Shown: piece by piece, positions 16,840 to 27,464 of the stretch
Layout: the number at the start of each line of letters is the position of its first letter
Numbering within the stretch: position 1 is the stretch's first letter
Assembly: GCA_016933055.1 (NCBI GenBank)
Contig: JAFGBS010000014.1
Span: forward strand, 1 to 32,000
DNA length: 32,000 nucleotides
Origin: Promethearchaeota archaeon
GTDB lineage: Archaea > Asgardarchaeota > Lokiarchaeia > Sigyniarchaeales > Promethearchaeaceae
Reading direction: 5' to 3'
The notes under the pieces: generated by a model
Told to the model about the DNA's origin: nothing
What the model saw: the letters and a program-made list of their open reading frames with translations, nothing else
Database searches by the model: none
Program-made: the position numbers and the translations under genes

Positions 16840-17973
16840 ATGTTTGATTTTGAAGAAGAAGAAGAATATCGGGATGAAACGGATACAGGAGATGAAGCAG
16901 AGCAATACGATGCATTTCGAGAGGAAGACATCGCCGCCGAAAAAGAAATTGTAGCAGAGGGAAAAGATTACACCTTAATTGAAGTTGATTTGTGGGCAAC
17001 CTCCCTCCATGATGCAAAAATAGGTATTCGTCAAGATGCACAGTACCAATCAAAATCTCGACAGTTCACAAAAACATCAGAAGTTATTGGAAATGTTGTG
17101 TTTCACACTGGATGGGATGAAAATCGTCAAAAAGAGAATTATGAGGAAGTTATAACTATAGATCAAGAGTTTTGGGATATTGGAAAAAAATCCAAAATTA
17201 TGCAAATAGTCCAAGATCGGTATTCTGATTATGATCCCAAAAAATTTGCCCGTATGATGCGAAAATTAGTTATTAAGACTTTTGTAGATTTGGGTCGTAA
17301 ACAAGAAGAACGGATGCGAGGAAGATGGACTGGTAGTTTTGAAGAATCCCAAGTAATGTCGTTAGTTATGACATTCGGAGATCGAAGAAGGCGTAATCCC
17401 CTACCGTTCTTTTATGTAGATATTCCAGGTTTTAAATATCGAGTGCCAGTGACACGGGTTCACACAATAATTGGAGATCGATATGTATTTCCAATGATTG
17501 ATGATGAAACCAACTCAGTAGTACCTTATTTAATAGAAGAAAGACGATTTACTTTCGGTCAAGACTATCAGCTATTTGATGGAAGGACAATGAAAAAAAT
17601 TGCCGTAATTAATGATGTTGCGATAAATATTGGAGGCAAAGTTAATATCAAATTCAAAAAGCCAAAGATTGATAAAAATGGGGAATTAATTGATCCTTGG
17701 GAACATTTAAGGAGAAATTATGTATTTCAACGTATAATTATTTTGTTTGCTGCAAGTTTAAACTATTTTCATTCAATTTATCGGCAATACCGACGAGTCC
17801 ATCGTGCAATGAAGACTTTACGGAGTTATCAGAAAGACAAGGGAAAGCTTTCTCTTATGGAACAAGAAGAAAAGTACCGACAAGCCAAAAAGAAGATGAG
17901 AATCCTGAAGTGGTACCCTGTATGGGCAAAAGAGTTATCACTTCATTATAATCCACGCAGAGTTAGAACATAA
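16840..17973 (+). CDS. Hypothetical protein with an acidic N-terminus, a possible LURP-one/Tubby-C-like beta-rich domain and a basic C-terminus
   Basis: 377-aa ORF; N-terminal EEEEEYRDETD. The segment EERRFTFGQDYQLFD...KKIAVINDVAINIGGKVNIKF...RIIILFAASL resembles the LURP-one pattern by eye. Confidence 0.6.
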   Translation: MFDFEEEEEYRDETDTGDEAEQYDAFREEDIAAEKEIVAEGKDYTLIEVDLWATSLHDAKIGIRQDAQYQSKSRQFTKTSEVIGNVVFHTGWDENRQKENYEEVITIDQEFWDIGKKSKIMQIVQDRYSDYDPKKFARMMRKLVIKTFVDLGRKQEERMRGRWTGSFEESQVMSLVMTFGDRRRRNPLPFFYVDIPGFKYRVPVTRVHTIIGDRYVFPMIDDETNSVVPYLIEERRFTFGQDYQLFDGRTMKKIAVINDVAINIGGKVNIKFKKPKIDKNGELIDPWEHLRRNYVFQRIIILFAASLNYFHSIYRQYRRVHRAMKTLRSYQKDKGKLSLMEQEEKYRQAKKKMRILKWYPVWAKELSLHYNPRRVRT

Positions 17974-17977
17974 ACTC

Positions 17978-17986
17978 TTTTTTTTT
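17978..17986 (+). terminator. Oligo-T tract, candidate archaeal intrinsic terminator
   Basis: T9 run 4 nt after the stop of 16840-17973. Confidence 0.4.
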
Positions 17987-18082
17987 ATTGAATAAGGGTA
18001 TATGATTTCGAGAGATTAACTTTTTTAATTACCTTTGAATAACATATATTTTTGGTATTGGATAATTAAGTAGCGATACGGT

Positions 18083-19762
18083 ATGACGACAAAATACATA
18101 TTTGTGACTGGTGGTGTGATGAGTGGTATTGGAAAGGGTGTCACCACTGCATCTATCGCAAAACTACTACAATTTAGAGATTTTAATGTGTCTATTATGA
18201 AAATTGATCCCTACCTAAATATTGATCCTGGCACATTAAATCCGGTTGAACATGGGGAGTGTTTTATCACCGAGGAAGTATGGACTTTTGATCCATTACA
18301 TGGTGACCAACACAAAATCATGCAACCTGTAAAAATTGCGGAATTAGATCAAGATTTTGGAACTTATGAAAGGTTTCTTGGTCAATTTATTAATCCTTCT
18401 CACAATATAACTTCTGGTCAAATTTACTTCAGTGTGATTTATAAAGAACGTGCAGGGAAATTTCTAGGAAAAACCGTTCAACTAATTCCTCATTGTACTG
18501 ATGAAGTAATCCATCGTATGGTTGATACCGCCACTAATGAGAATTTAGATGTATTATTAATCGAATGTGGCGGAACTGTAGGAGATTTAGAATCTACCAT
18601 GTTTCTTGAAGCATTTCGACAATTTCGATTACAATTACCAAAAAAAGACACCCTGTTGGTACATGTTACCCTTGTTCCTTACTTAAAAACAGTAGGACAA
18701 CTCAAATCTAAACCGACACAACATTCAGTGCGTGCCTTACAAAGTATGGGTCTGCAACCGGATGTAATGGTATGTAGATCAGAAATTCCATTAACGAGTA
18801 GTGTGCGACAGAAAATATCATTATTTTCAAATGTTCCCGAAAATGCAGTGATAAGTTCTCCCGATCTTCCAACTATCTATAGACTACCCTTGAAATTTGA
18901 AGAACAAAAACTGGGAGACTATATCTGTGATTTATTAGATGTAAAGCCTAAACTCGTCAAATATGATCCCATCCGTAATTATTCCGAATGGAAAAAAATG
19001 GTAGAACTGTACACATCCGCAAAAGATTCTATAACAATCGCCATGCCAGGGAAATATATTGAAATTCCAGATAGTTATGTTTCCATAAATGAAGCTTTAA
19101 CTCATGCTTGTGCCCATGAGCGCGTGAAATTAAATATAAATTGGGTAGACACAGAAAAAGAAGCAAAAGTAGAACTCAAAGGATGCGATGGCATTCTATT
19201 AACTCCCGGTTTTGGAAGTAGAGGAGTAGAGGGTATGATTGAGTGCGCTGAATATGCATTAGAGCATAAAATCCCTTACTTAGGTATTTGTTTTGGCGCT
19301 CAATTATTTTACATTGCATTTTGTCGAAAAATTCTCGGATTAAAAGGAGCGCATACCACAGAGATAGATCCTAATACACCTTATCCTGTAGTAGACTTCT
19401 TAGAGGGTCAGAAATCACTAATGGAAACTGGAGGAACCATGCGCTTAGGTGCATATGATATTTATGTGGATCCATCGACCAAATTATTCCAAGCATACAA
19501 AAAAGAAATAATACGTGAAAGGTTTCGTCATCGATTCCATATAATGGAGAAATTTCTAAATGATAATCCTAAATCAAAGGAACTGAAAATTTCTGGAAGG
19601 GATGAAACCGGAAAAATTGTTAATGCAATAGAGTTGGTTGACGAAGATCACTGGATGATTGGTACACAATTTCATGCTGAATTTAAAAGTCGACCTTATG
19701 CACCGTCTCCATTATATCACGCTTTTATCAAAGCTGTTAAGAAGAATCGAAGTATCCAATAA
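18083..19762 (+). CDS. pyrG: CTP synthase
   Basis: KYIFVTGGVMSGIGKG, KIDPYLNIDPGTLNPVEHGE, ECGGTVGDLES, KSKPTQHSV, PGFGSRG, LGICFG (catalytic Cys), QFHAEF. Confidence 0.98.
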   Translation: MTTKYIFVTGGVMSGIGKGVTTASIAKLLQFRDFNVSIMKIDPYLNIDPGTLNPVEHGECFITEEVWTFDPLHGDQHKIMQPVKIAELDQDFGTYERFLGQFINPSHNITSGQIYFSVIYKERAGKFLGKTVQLIPHCTDEVIHRMVDTATNENLDVLLIECGGTVGDLESTMFLEAFRQFRLQLPKKDTLLVHVTLVPYLKTVGQLKSKPTQHSVRALQSMGLQPDVMVCRSEIPLTSSVRQKISLFSNVPENAVISSPDLPTIYRLPLKFEEQKLGDYICDLLDVKPKLVKYDPIRNYSEWKKMVELYTSAKDSITIAMPGKYIEIPDSYVSINEALTHACAHERVKLNINWVDTEKEAKVELKGCDGILLTPGFGSRGVEGMIECAEYALEHKIPYLGICFGAQLFYIAFCRKILGLKGAHTTEIDPNTPYPVVDFLEGQKSLMETGGTMRLGAYDIYVDPSTKLFQAYKKEIIRERFRHRFHIMEKFLNDNPKSKELKISGRDETGKIVNAIELVDEDHWMIGTQFHAEFKSRPYAPSPLYHAFIKAVKKNRSIQ

Positions 19763-19927
19763 TTTTCTATTTTTAATAGAGATTTATCTTACATATACCT
19801 TGTTAACTGTTTAATTAATTGGGTGTTAATAATGGTGGTAAGGTATTTTGGCTAATTGTAAACCAAATAAAATGTATATCACAACAAGACTCTGAGTAAT
19901 CATATTTGGGAGTCTAGGTCTTTACAT

Positions 19928-21361
19928 ATGGAAAAATTAGAGGAATTGAATCAACTAAATATTACAGACCTCCCTGATTTCGCTCAAAACCTCTCCCAAA
20001 GCCTAAAAAAAAAATATGAAGCTTATCATCAGATCGATGTCCTTAAATCACCCCATTCTCTTGATGGAATATTTTCCTATGTCATTCCCGAATATGCAAG
20101 AGATATTATAGATTTAGAAATCAAGAAAGTCCATTTTGTTAATATTTTTCGACAATTTCAGACGTTTATAGAGATGGAATCCCAATTATCTAGTTATTTT
20201 ACCCAAGAGGAGGTTCCGGAATCAAAAATCATTTTTCCAGTTGAGAATAAATCCCTAGAAAATTTTAACATTGCAGCCGTAGACGGGAGTTTTGTCCGAA
20301 AATGCTATACAAATTTCGAATTTGCTTTATTTCGAGCAATATCAGTAATATACTCGATTAAATCCGAAAATGTAGATATAAAGTATTATCCCGAGATAGA
20401 TGGTTTCCAGAATTATCGAATGAGCCGAATTATGGATAATGTTACTGAACAAGTCACCAATTCGCAAGTATCAATTGATCTGGCACTCATGGAAATCCGT
20501 TTAGTAAATGATTTACTAACTAAATATCCAGATAAATTGGACATGATCATTTTGGATGGATCTATCCTTGCAGAACCATTAAATTTACTATCCTATTCCT
20601 CGCAAAATACGGAATTAATGACTTCTTATTCATATTTGGTCAACGAATATAGAAAATTATATGACCTCTGTGACTTGCGAAAAGTGGATCTTGTAGGAAT
20701 AATAAAGGACACAAGGTCTTCTACGTTTCGGAAACTGATATCCCGTAGAATCCCCCAAATATTAGCTAAATTAAATAATCTTAAACTCACTCAGATTGAT
20801 TATAGGAAATTATTGCCACATTTTTCTGACTTGGATCTATTCCATCGGATTTTAGAAACTGGTGATAGATCTTGTGTATTTTCTATCAACTCTGCAGGTA
20901 CCTCGTGGATACCCCGCCAATTGGAGATCTTAAAGTCAGAAATTAAACCACACCATACATTTCTTAAAGAGTACTTGTTTTATGCATGCTACATGAAACC
21001 GGTTCAATATGATTTCCCCATTCGAATAGAAATTCATCAAAATAGGAAGAATGGTAAACCTGAGATCATTCAATCAAAAATCCATAGGATTTGTGAGAAT
21101 CTATATCCGTTATGTTCTAAATTTGAGAATTTTGCAATACCTATTCCGCAAATTGAAGCACATCTACGTGCTAAATTGACACATAATGACTTACAAATTG
21201 TAATCAATTCTCTTACACGCCAGATCAGTGAAGAAGTTAAAAATTATGCAAAAAAAATGATATTTAACCATTTAGATAATGAGATCTCTAGAAATTTTGA
21301 TGAATTCTTGTTAAGTAATAATTTTTTAGTACCAAAACGACGAGAAAGAATGCCCTTATAA
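19928..21361 (+). CDS. nurA: NurA-family nuclease (RNase H-like fold)
   Basis: NIAAVDGSF, LMEIRL, MIILDGSI, VGIIKDTRS, IRIEI, IPIPQIEAHLRAK. Confidence 0.8.
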   Translation: MEKLEELNQLNITDLPDFAQNLSQSLKKKYEAYHQIDVLKSPHSLDGIFSYVIPEYARDIIDLEIKKVHFVNIFRQFQTFIEMESQLSSYFTQEEVPESKIIFPVENKSLENFNIAAVDGSFVRKCYTNFEFALFRAISVIYSIKSENVDIKYYPEIDGFQNYRMSRIMDNVTEQVTNSQVSIDLALMEIRLVNDLLTKYPDKLDMIILDGSILAEPLNLLSYSSQNTELMTSYSYLVNEYRKLYDLCDLRKVDLVGIIKDTRSSTFRKLISRRIPQILAKLNNLKLTQIDYRKLLPHFSDLDLFHRILETGDRSCVFSINSAGTSWIPRQLEILKSEIKPHHTFLKEYLFYACYMKPVQYDFPIRIEIHQNRKNGKPEIIQSKIHRICENLYPLCSKFENFAIPIPQIEAHLRAKLTHNDLQIVINSLTRQISEEVKNYAKKMIFNHLDNEISRNFDEFLLSNNFLVPKRRERMPL

Positions 21362-21364
21362 ATT

Positions 21365-21913
21365 TTACATAGGTTTAGAGCATTTATAACAAATTTTAGG
21401 ATTGGATTGATATTCGGTACCACAATGAGGACATTTTGAAATTAAATGAAGTTCTTGTGTTATTAATTGCTTTTTATGCTTTTTTTTTCTAAATAAAATT
21501 CGAAGAGAAACTGGAATATATAGTAGCAAAAGAATTGCACAAGTTAAACCAAATCCTCCAAGTAAATTCATTTTTAGAAGATTATAGGAATTGGGGGAGT
21601 TCTTGTTCATTAACATAATGGCAAATAAATAAATGAAAAGTTCCGTTCCTATGGTATAGAGGGGAATTTTCCAATCAGGTTTTACAATAATGCTAAAAAA
21701 TCCCATAGAGACCAACCAACATATACTATATACCCAAGGATCTATCTGACCCCCGAATATGTTAAAATTCATTGTAAAAAATGAGATGATAGATTGCTGG
21801 GAGGGACTAACCCCAATATCAACAAGAATGAGAGGGATACCTAAACACCCGACTAGAATCATCATCCAATTAATTAATATCAAATAAATGGGGTTTTTTA
21901 TAGCAATTATCAT
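21365..21913 (-). CDS. Membrane protein (about 4 hydrophobic segments) with a C-terminal C4 zinc ribbon
   Basis: Hydrophobic stretches, a basic RKKKHKK segment, then CPHC-x10-CYKC. Confidence 0.75.
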   Translation of the reverse strand: MIIAIKNPIYLILINWMMILVGCLGIPLILVDIGVSPSQQSIISFFTMNFNIFGGQIDPWVYSICWLVSMGFFSIIVKPDWKIPLYTIGTELFIYLFAIMLMNKNSPNSYNLLKMNLLGGFGLTCAILLLLYIPVSLRILFRKKKHKKQLITQELHLISKCPHCGTEYQSNPKICYKCSKPM

Positions 21914-22082
21914 GATGGGATACCATTTTCATGAGATTTCGAAAATTTTTTTAGTTAGGATTTATATACGACATTACTGCTTTGATTCTACTCGCTATTT
22001 GTCTTAATATCATGCATGAATTTAAGATGTTACCTTCCATCACTAGACTAAGAAAGAACGCAAAAGGGTGTTAAAATAGTAA

Positions 22083-25000
22083 ATGGCTTTATCCGGAATT
22101 TCTCGTGTAATTGACAAAATTAAATTTGGGCTGCTTTCACCAGACGAAATTCGTAAAATGTCTGCAACCCGCATTATTACTGCAGATACTTATGATGATG
22201 ATGGTCTACCACTAGCTTCAGGATTGATGGACCAAAAACTTGGGACTATTGAACCCGGACAGAAATGTACCACTTGTGGTAACCGCGTTGGACAATGTCT
22301 CGGTCATTTCGGGCATATCGAATTGGCACGACCCGTAGTGCATGTTGGTTTTGCAAAGCTTCTGCTTAAATTGTTGCGAAGCATTTGTCCGGAATGTTCT
22401 CGGTTATTACTCTCCGAAGATCAATTTGAGGATTTTAAAAAGCGAAAAGAGCAACAAGTAAGGGTTTTCGAAAATGTAAGTGATGTACTCATTCAAAATA
22501 TATTTAAAACCGCCCGGAAAACCAAACAATGCCCCTATTGTGGAGCAGAACGTAAAAAAATTACGATTGAAAAACCCACAACCTATTATGAAGAAGTAGG
22601 ATTAGATCAACCAAGACGTTTGTATCCCGATGATATCCGAGAAAGACTCGAAAAAATGAATGATGCGGATTGTCGATTATTAGAAATTAATCCAGAAGCC
22701 ACACGACCTGAATGGATGATTTTAACAGTATTACCTATTCCACCCGTCTGTGTACGCCCTTCTATTACCCTTGATAGTGGAATTCGATCAGAAGATGACT
22801 TAACTCACAAATTAGTAGATGTAATTCGAATCAATGCTCGATTACGGGAAAACATAGAAGCAGGCGCACCTCAACTTATCGTTGAGGATTTATGGGAGTT
22901 ATTGCAATATCATATTACGACCTTTTTCAATAACGAGGTAAGTGGAATCCCCCCCGCACGGCATCGTTCTGGACGAGCATTACGCACATTAACACAACGA
23001 TTAAAGGGAAAAGAGGGACGTTTCCGAAGTAATCTCAGTGGAAAACGTGTAGATTTTTCAGCACGTACAGTAATATCACCAAATCCTCATATTTCCATAA
23101 ACGAAGTTGGAGTACCCGAAATTATAGCAAAAATTCTTACTGTGCCAAACCATGTTACTGAATGGAATATCGAGGACATGAAACAACTTATTATTAATGG
23201 TCCAGATAAACATCCTGGAGCAAATTACATCATTCGAACCGATAGTCGCAGAATTGATTTACGATATGTGAAAGATAGGAGTATTATCGCTGACACCGTT
23301 GAACCGGGATATATTGTTGAGCGGCATCTTAAAAATAAGGATCTTGTATTATTTAATCGACAACCTTCTCTACATCGAATGTCTATCATGGCACATGAAG
23401 TACGAATAATGACGGGGAAAACCTTCCAGCTTGCATTGCTTGTTTGTACACCTTATAATGCAGATTTTGACGGGGATGAAATGAATCTTCACGTCCCTCA
23501 AAGTGAGGAAGCAAGAGCAGAAGCTCAATTTCTGCTTAAAGTTCAAGAACATATTTTATCTCCACGATATGGGGGACCCATCATTGGTGGAGTTCATGAT
23601 TTTATTTCGCTCGCTTATATTTTTACGCGTAAATCGTCATTATTCGATAAAAATACTACGTATCAATTATTAGAATGGGGAAATGTTTTTCAACGCAATC
23701 CTGAATTCAAATTATCAGATTTGAAACCCGAAACCACCGATCCAGAACCTTTATACTCGGGAAAAGCGATTTTTAGTACAATTTTACCCAAAGATTTGAA
23801 TATGCAATTAAAATCCAACTTTTGTCAAAAATGCAAAGATGGATGCAAAGAAGAAGACTGTGAATTCGATGCGTATGTAAATATTGTTAATGGAGAACTA
23901 ATTTCGGGAGTTTTAGATGAAAAAACTTATGGAGCGGGAAAACCTACAACCATTTTACTTCGAATCACTAAAGACTATGGACCAGATGCAGCGAGAAAGT
24001 TTTTGGATGATTCAGCTAGTATGCTGTTGTACTTTATTATGCATCATGCATTGACGATGGGATTAGATGAAGTTGATATTACTTCAATTATGCCAAAGAT
24101 TAACGAAGTGATGGCTAAAGCTAACCAACAATGTGATACTTACATAAAGGCATTTTATGAAAACGATGAAGAAACAATGCCTTGCGCACCAGGACGTACT
24201 TACAAAGAAACTTTAGAACTGCGTATACGCGAGGTATTGAATAAAGCACGTGATGAGGCCGGAAAGATCGGAGCAATTCAATTAGGGGATTCAGCTCACT
24301 CAGTCATAATGACCAAAAGCGGAGCTCGAGGGAATCCACTCAATCTAACCCAAATGGCTGCATGTGTAGGACAACAAGCCGTCCGAGGAGATCGAATTCA
24401 TCGAGGATTTTCAGATCGGACTCTACCTCATTTTAAAGTCCATGATCTTACTGCAAGAGCTCGTGGTTTTGTCGAATCCTCTTATCGCAAAGGTTTGGAT
24501 CCTATAGAATTTTTCTTCCATGCTATGGGGGGGCGAGAAGGTCTTGTAGACACCGCTGTGCGAACTTCTTCATCTGGTTATATGCAGAGACGATTGGTTA
24601 ATGCTTTACAAGATATGGTTGTACAAAATGATGGGACAGTAAGAACTTCTACCGATAACATAATCCAATTTGTCTATGGTGATGATCGCGTAGATCCAGC
24701 CAAATCCGACCATGGAGAAGCTGTAAACGTTAAAAATATTTTTCTGAAAGCGAAAAACATGTATGAATATTTTCATTACGAAAAGGAAGTACAAGAAAGA
24801 AAATTTCAACGATTAGAAGAAGAGGGAAAGCTCACTAAAGAAATCAAAAAACAACAGGATTTAATTGAAAATTATGAACCAGTATTTGATGCCGAAGTAA
24901 AATTTCCTAAAAAAACCGAACCTAAGAGCAGTAAAAAGAAAACAGAGAAAAAGAAAACTGTTTCTAAAAAAGCCTCTGAAAAAGCCAAAAAGATGACATC

Positions 25001-25178
25001 TACAAAAAAAGAATCAGAAAGATTAGAGAAAGAAGAAACAGAATCCAAATATACCGATGAATATTTTCATAAATTATACAATGAAGAAACAGGAAAAACC
25101 GCAATTTGGCGTGGTTCTCTCACTCAGATATTTCTCAAATGGCTTGAGAAGAAAAAGGAAGAATTAGGGGTGAAATAA
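22083..25178 (+). CDS. rpoA1: DNA-directed RNA polymerase subunit A' (Rpo1N) with a ~140-aa C-terminal extension
   Basis: CPGHFGH-like [37 protein letters not shown], catalytic [34 protein letters not shown]. Confidence 0.98.
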   Translation: MALSGISRVIDKIKFGLLSPDEIRKMSATRIITADTYDDDGLPLASGLMDQKLGTIEPGQKCTTCGNRVGQCLGHFGHIELARPVVHVGFAKLLLKLLRSICPECSRLLLSEDQFEDFKKRKEQQVRVFENVSDVLIQNIFKTARKTKQCPYCGAERKKITIEKPTTYYEEVGLDQPRRLYPDDIRERLEKMNDADCRLLEINPEATRPEWMILTVLPIPPVCVRPSITLDSGIRSEDDLTHKLVDVIRINARLRENIEAGAPQLIVEDLWELLQYHITTFFNNEVSGIPPARHRSGRALRTLTQRLKGKEGRFRSNLSGKRVDFSARTVISPNPHISINEVGVPEIIAKILTVPNHVTEWNIEDMKQLIINGPDKHPGANYIIRTDSRRIDLRYVKDRSIIADTVEPGYIVERHLKNKDLVLFNRQPSLHRMSIMAHEVRIMTGKTFQLALLVCTPYNADFDGDEMNLHVPQSEEARAEAQFLLKVQEHILSPRYGGPIIGGVHDFISLAYIFTRKSSLFDKNTTYQLLEWGNVFQRNPEFKLSDLKPETTDPEPLYSGKAIFSTILPKDLNMQLKSNFCQKCKDGCKEEDCEFDAYVNIVNGELISGVLDEKTYGAGKPTTILLRITKDYGPDAARKFLDDSASMLLYFIMHHALTMGLDEVDITSIMPKINEVMAKANQQCDTYIKAFYENDEETMPCAPGRTYKETLELRIREVLNKARDEAGKIGAIQLGDSAHSVIMTKSGARGNPLNLTQMAACVGQQAVRGDRIHRGFSDRTLPHFKVHDLTARARGFVESSYRKGLDPIEFFFHAMGGREGLVDTAVRTSSSGYMQRRLVNALQDMVVQNDGTVRTSTDNIIQFVYGDDRVDPAKSDHGEAVNVKNIFLKAKNMYEYFHYEKEVQERKFQRLEEEGKLTKEIKKQQDLIENYEPVFDAEVKFPKKTEPKSSKKKTEKKKTVSKKASEKAKKMTSTKKESERLEKEETESKYTDEYFHKLYNEETGKTAIWRGSLTQIFLKWLEKKKEELGVK

Positions 25179-25179
25179 A

Positions 25180-26388
25180 ATGACAGAAGTAGCTTCAAAA
25201 GAATTCAAAACTAAAACATTGGAATATTTAGAGAGTAGAGGAATTCCTCATAGTATCATTGGAGAAATGGACAGTTTTATGAAAGATATAGAATTTTCTA
25301 AAGAACAAGTCCAATATTTTGCTGACCAAGTATATCTAAGTTACCTTAAAGCTATGATTGTCCCAATGGAACCGATCGGAACAGTAGCAGCCCAATCTAT
25401 TGGGGAACCAGGTACTCAAATGACCTTGCGAACTTTTCACTTTGCGGGAGTATCTGAATTCTCGGTCACCCAAGGACTCCCAAGGTTAATTGAGATAGTG
25501 GATGCTCGTCGTAATCCATCAACTCCCATCATGTACGTGTTTTTAACAGAGGAATATTCGAAAAATCAGAAGAAAGCACGAGAGATTCACCAAAAAATTG
25601 AACAAATTCGTGTTGACAGTATAGCTTATGATGTGGAGATTGATTTAGCTGATTATTCAATCGTAGTATATTTGGATGAGGAATTATTAGAAGACAAAGG
25701 ACTTGAAATCGAGGATATCAATAAGAAACTAAAGAAATATGGAAAAAAAGGTACTATCGAAACAGATCTTGAGAATAATTGCATTATCATTAACCCTGAG
25801 TTAGAAGATATTCAAAAATTACAAAAACGTCGGGAAAAAATCTTAAAGACCTTGATATCAGGTATAAAAGGAGTTAAACGGGGAATAATTTATAAAGAAG
25901 ACTCAAATGAATGGGTTATCCAAACTGAGGGGACAAATCTCGCAGAAGTACTTAAAATAAAAGGTGTAGATAGTACACGAACTATTTCAAACCATATTCA
26001 TGAAATTGAGAAAATTTTTGGAATTGAGGCAGCACGGGAGATAATTATCAGAGAATCCAAGCAAGTGTTGCGTGATCAAGGATTGGATGTGGATCAAAGG
26101 CATCTTCTTGCTATGGCAGATTTAATGTGTTTCACGGGTCGGATACTGCAAATTGGTCGACACGGTATTTCAGGAGTAAAGGAGAGTATCCTTGCAAGAG
26201 CTGCTTTTGAAGTTACGATCAAACAACTGATCAATGCTAGTGTATCTGGTGAGGAAGAGAAATTGAAGGGAATTCCTGAAAACGTAATAATTGGTCAATT
26301 GGTTCCAACAATTGGTACAGGAGCCATCAAATTGCAAGCTGATCTTCAAAAATATCGAGAAATTTTACAAGATATGTCTGAAGATTAA
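25180..26388 (+). CDS. rpoA2: DNA-directed RNA polymerase subunit A'' (Rpo1C)
   Basis: [61 protein letters not shown]. Confidence 0.98.
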   Translation: MTEVASKEFKTKTLEYLESRGIPHSIIGEMDSFMKDIEFSKEQVQYFADQVYLSYLKAMIVPMEPIGTVAAQSIGEPGTQMTLRTFHFAGVSEFSVTQGLPRLIEIVDARRNPSTPIMYVFLTEEYSKNQKKAREIHQKIEQIRVDSIAYDVEIDLADYSIVVYLDEELLEDKGLEIEDINKKLKKYGKKGTIETDLENNCIIINPELEDIQKLQKRREKILKTLISGIKGVKRGIIYKEDSNEWVIQTEGTNLAEVLKIKGVDSTRTISNHIHEIEKIFGIEAAREIIIRESKQVLRDQGLDVDQRHLLAMADLMCFTGRILQIGRHGISGVKESILARAAFEVTIKQLINASVSGEEEKLKGIPENVIIGQLVPTIGTGAIKLQADLQKYREILQDMSED

Positions 26389-26567
26389 TCTTTTTGTATT
26401 TTTTCTTTAAAAAGAGGAATTCGGTACTTTTGGTACTTATCTTGTGGAGAAAACTTGGGAGGATGAGGATTCTTCACTTTGGATCCGCATCTTGAACAAA
26501 TATTTATCGATAAAGTATACTCTTCACATTTCGGACAGTAATGAAGCATTTTGGGCATGATCATCAA
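26385..26567 (-). CDS. nop10: H/ACA RNP protein Nop10
   Basis: CPKC...YTL...CSRCG...[16 protein letters not shown]. Located directly downstream of eIF2-alpha as in other archaea. The start may be ATG 26564 or 26558. Confidence 0.93.
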   Translation of the reverse strand: MMIMPKMLHYCPKCEEYTLSINICSRCGSKVKNPHPPKFSPQDKYQKYRIPLFKEKIQKD

Positions 26568-26569
26568 GA

Positions 26570-27388
26570 TTAATCTGTTCGTTCAAATAAGAATTCCCCA
26601 TTATTCGATTCAATATATTTCTGTATAGTATCCGTGATTTTTTTCAGATATCCTTCTGCTTTACGATAATCACTTGCTATTACCCGCAACGAATAAACAG
26701 GTGCTCCAATATAATGGATATGTAATTCAGTTAACTTATCTTTCTTAATTTTTTCTGAAGCTTTAAATGCGTCTTTAATGATCTCTATCCCATTTTCATC
26801 ATATACAACTAATTCTAACTTTCCTTCGATTTCGACTTGGGACAACTGGATATTACTATCAATCATTTCAAAAAGTTCGGTTAAAAGATCCTCTGATATG
26901 TTTAAATCTAATTTTTTTAATTCCTCAATTCCTTCTTCTTTAATGCCATCAAAAGCATCATGAAGAGTACCATAAACATCCAGCATAGGAAAGCCTATTT
27001 TCTCGTATACTTGCTCTAAATTCATCTTATGATGGTTTCCAAATAATCGAAAGAGATTTTCACACTTCCGCTCGAACTTCCAATCACTCATTACATTCGA
27101 TTGTTGTTCGTTATTTACTCTTCGTAATGATAAGTCAATATGACCTTTTTCTGGATTGACTCGCAAGACTTTGAGGACGATACGTTGATTAAGCTTTACA
27201 TAGTTGGTAATATTACGAATCCAGCGATTCGCTAATTCAGATATATGTACCATTCCACGAGCACGTCCTCCTCTAGTATTACCCTCGTAATCCTCTAATT
27301 CCACGTAGATGGCCATACGTTCGATATCCACAACTTGTACAACAACAAGTTCATCCTCAACAGGAAAAGGCTGTCTTTTTTTAACCAT
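26570..27388 (-). CDS. eif2a: Translation initiation factor aIF2/eIF2 subunit alpha
   Basis: S1 domain (FPVEDELVV...[16 protein letters not shown]...HIDLSLRRV) and C-terminal YIGAPVY; SD GAGGA upstream. Confidence 0.96.
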   Translation of the reverse strand: MVKKRQPFPVEDELVVVQVVDIERMAIYVELEDYEGNTRGGRARGMVHISELANRWIRNITNYVKLNQRIVLKVLRVNPEKGHIDLSLRRVNNEQQSNVMSDWKFERKCENLFRLFGNHHKMNLEQVYEKIGFPMLDVYGTLHDAFDGIKEEGIEELKKLDLNISEDLLTELFEMIDSNIQLSQVEIEGKLELVVYDENGIEIIKDAFKASEKIKKDKLTELHIHYIGAPVYSLRVIASDYRKAEGYLKKITDTIQKYIESNNGEFLFERTD

Positions 27389-27464
27389 AACGCATCCTCG
27401 AATTCAAAAATATTGATTCTTACCATTAAACACATTATATTTATTTTGTGGTTAGAATACGAAA

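Noticed and set aside
25176-25182. Read-through fusion of rpoA' and rpoA''
   Set aside because: The genes are in different frames, separated by a TAA stop, and A'' has its own ATG.
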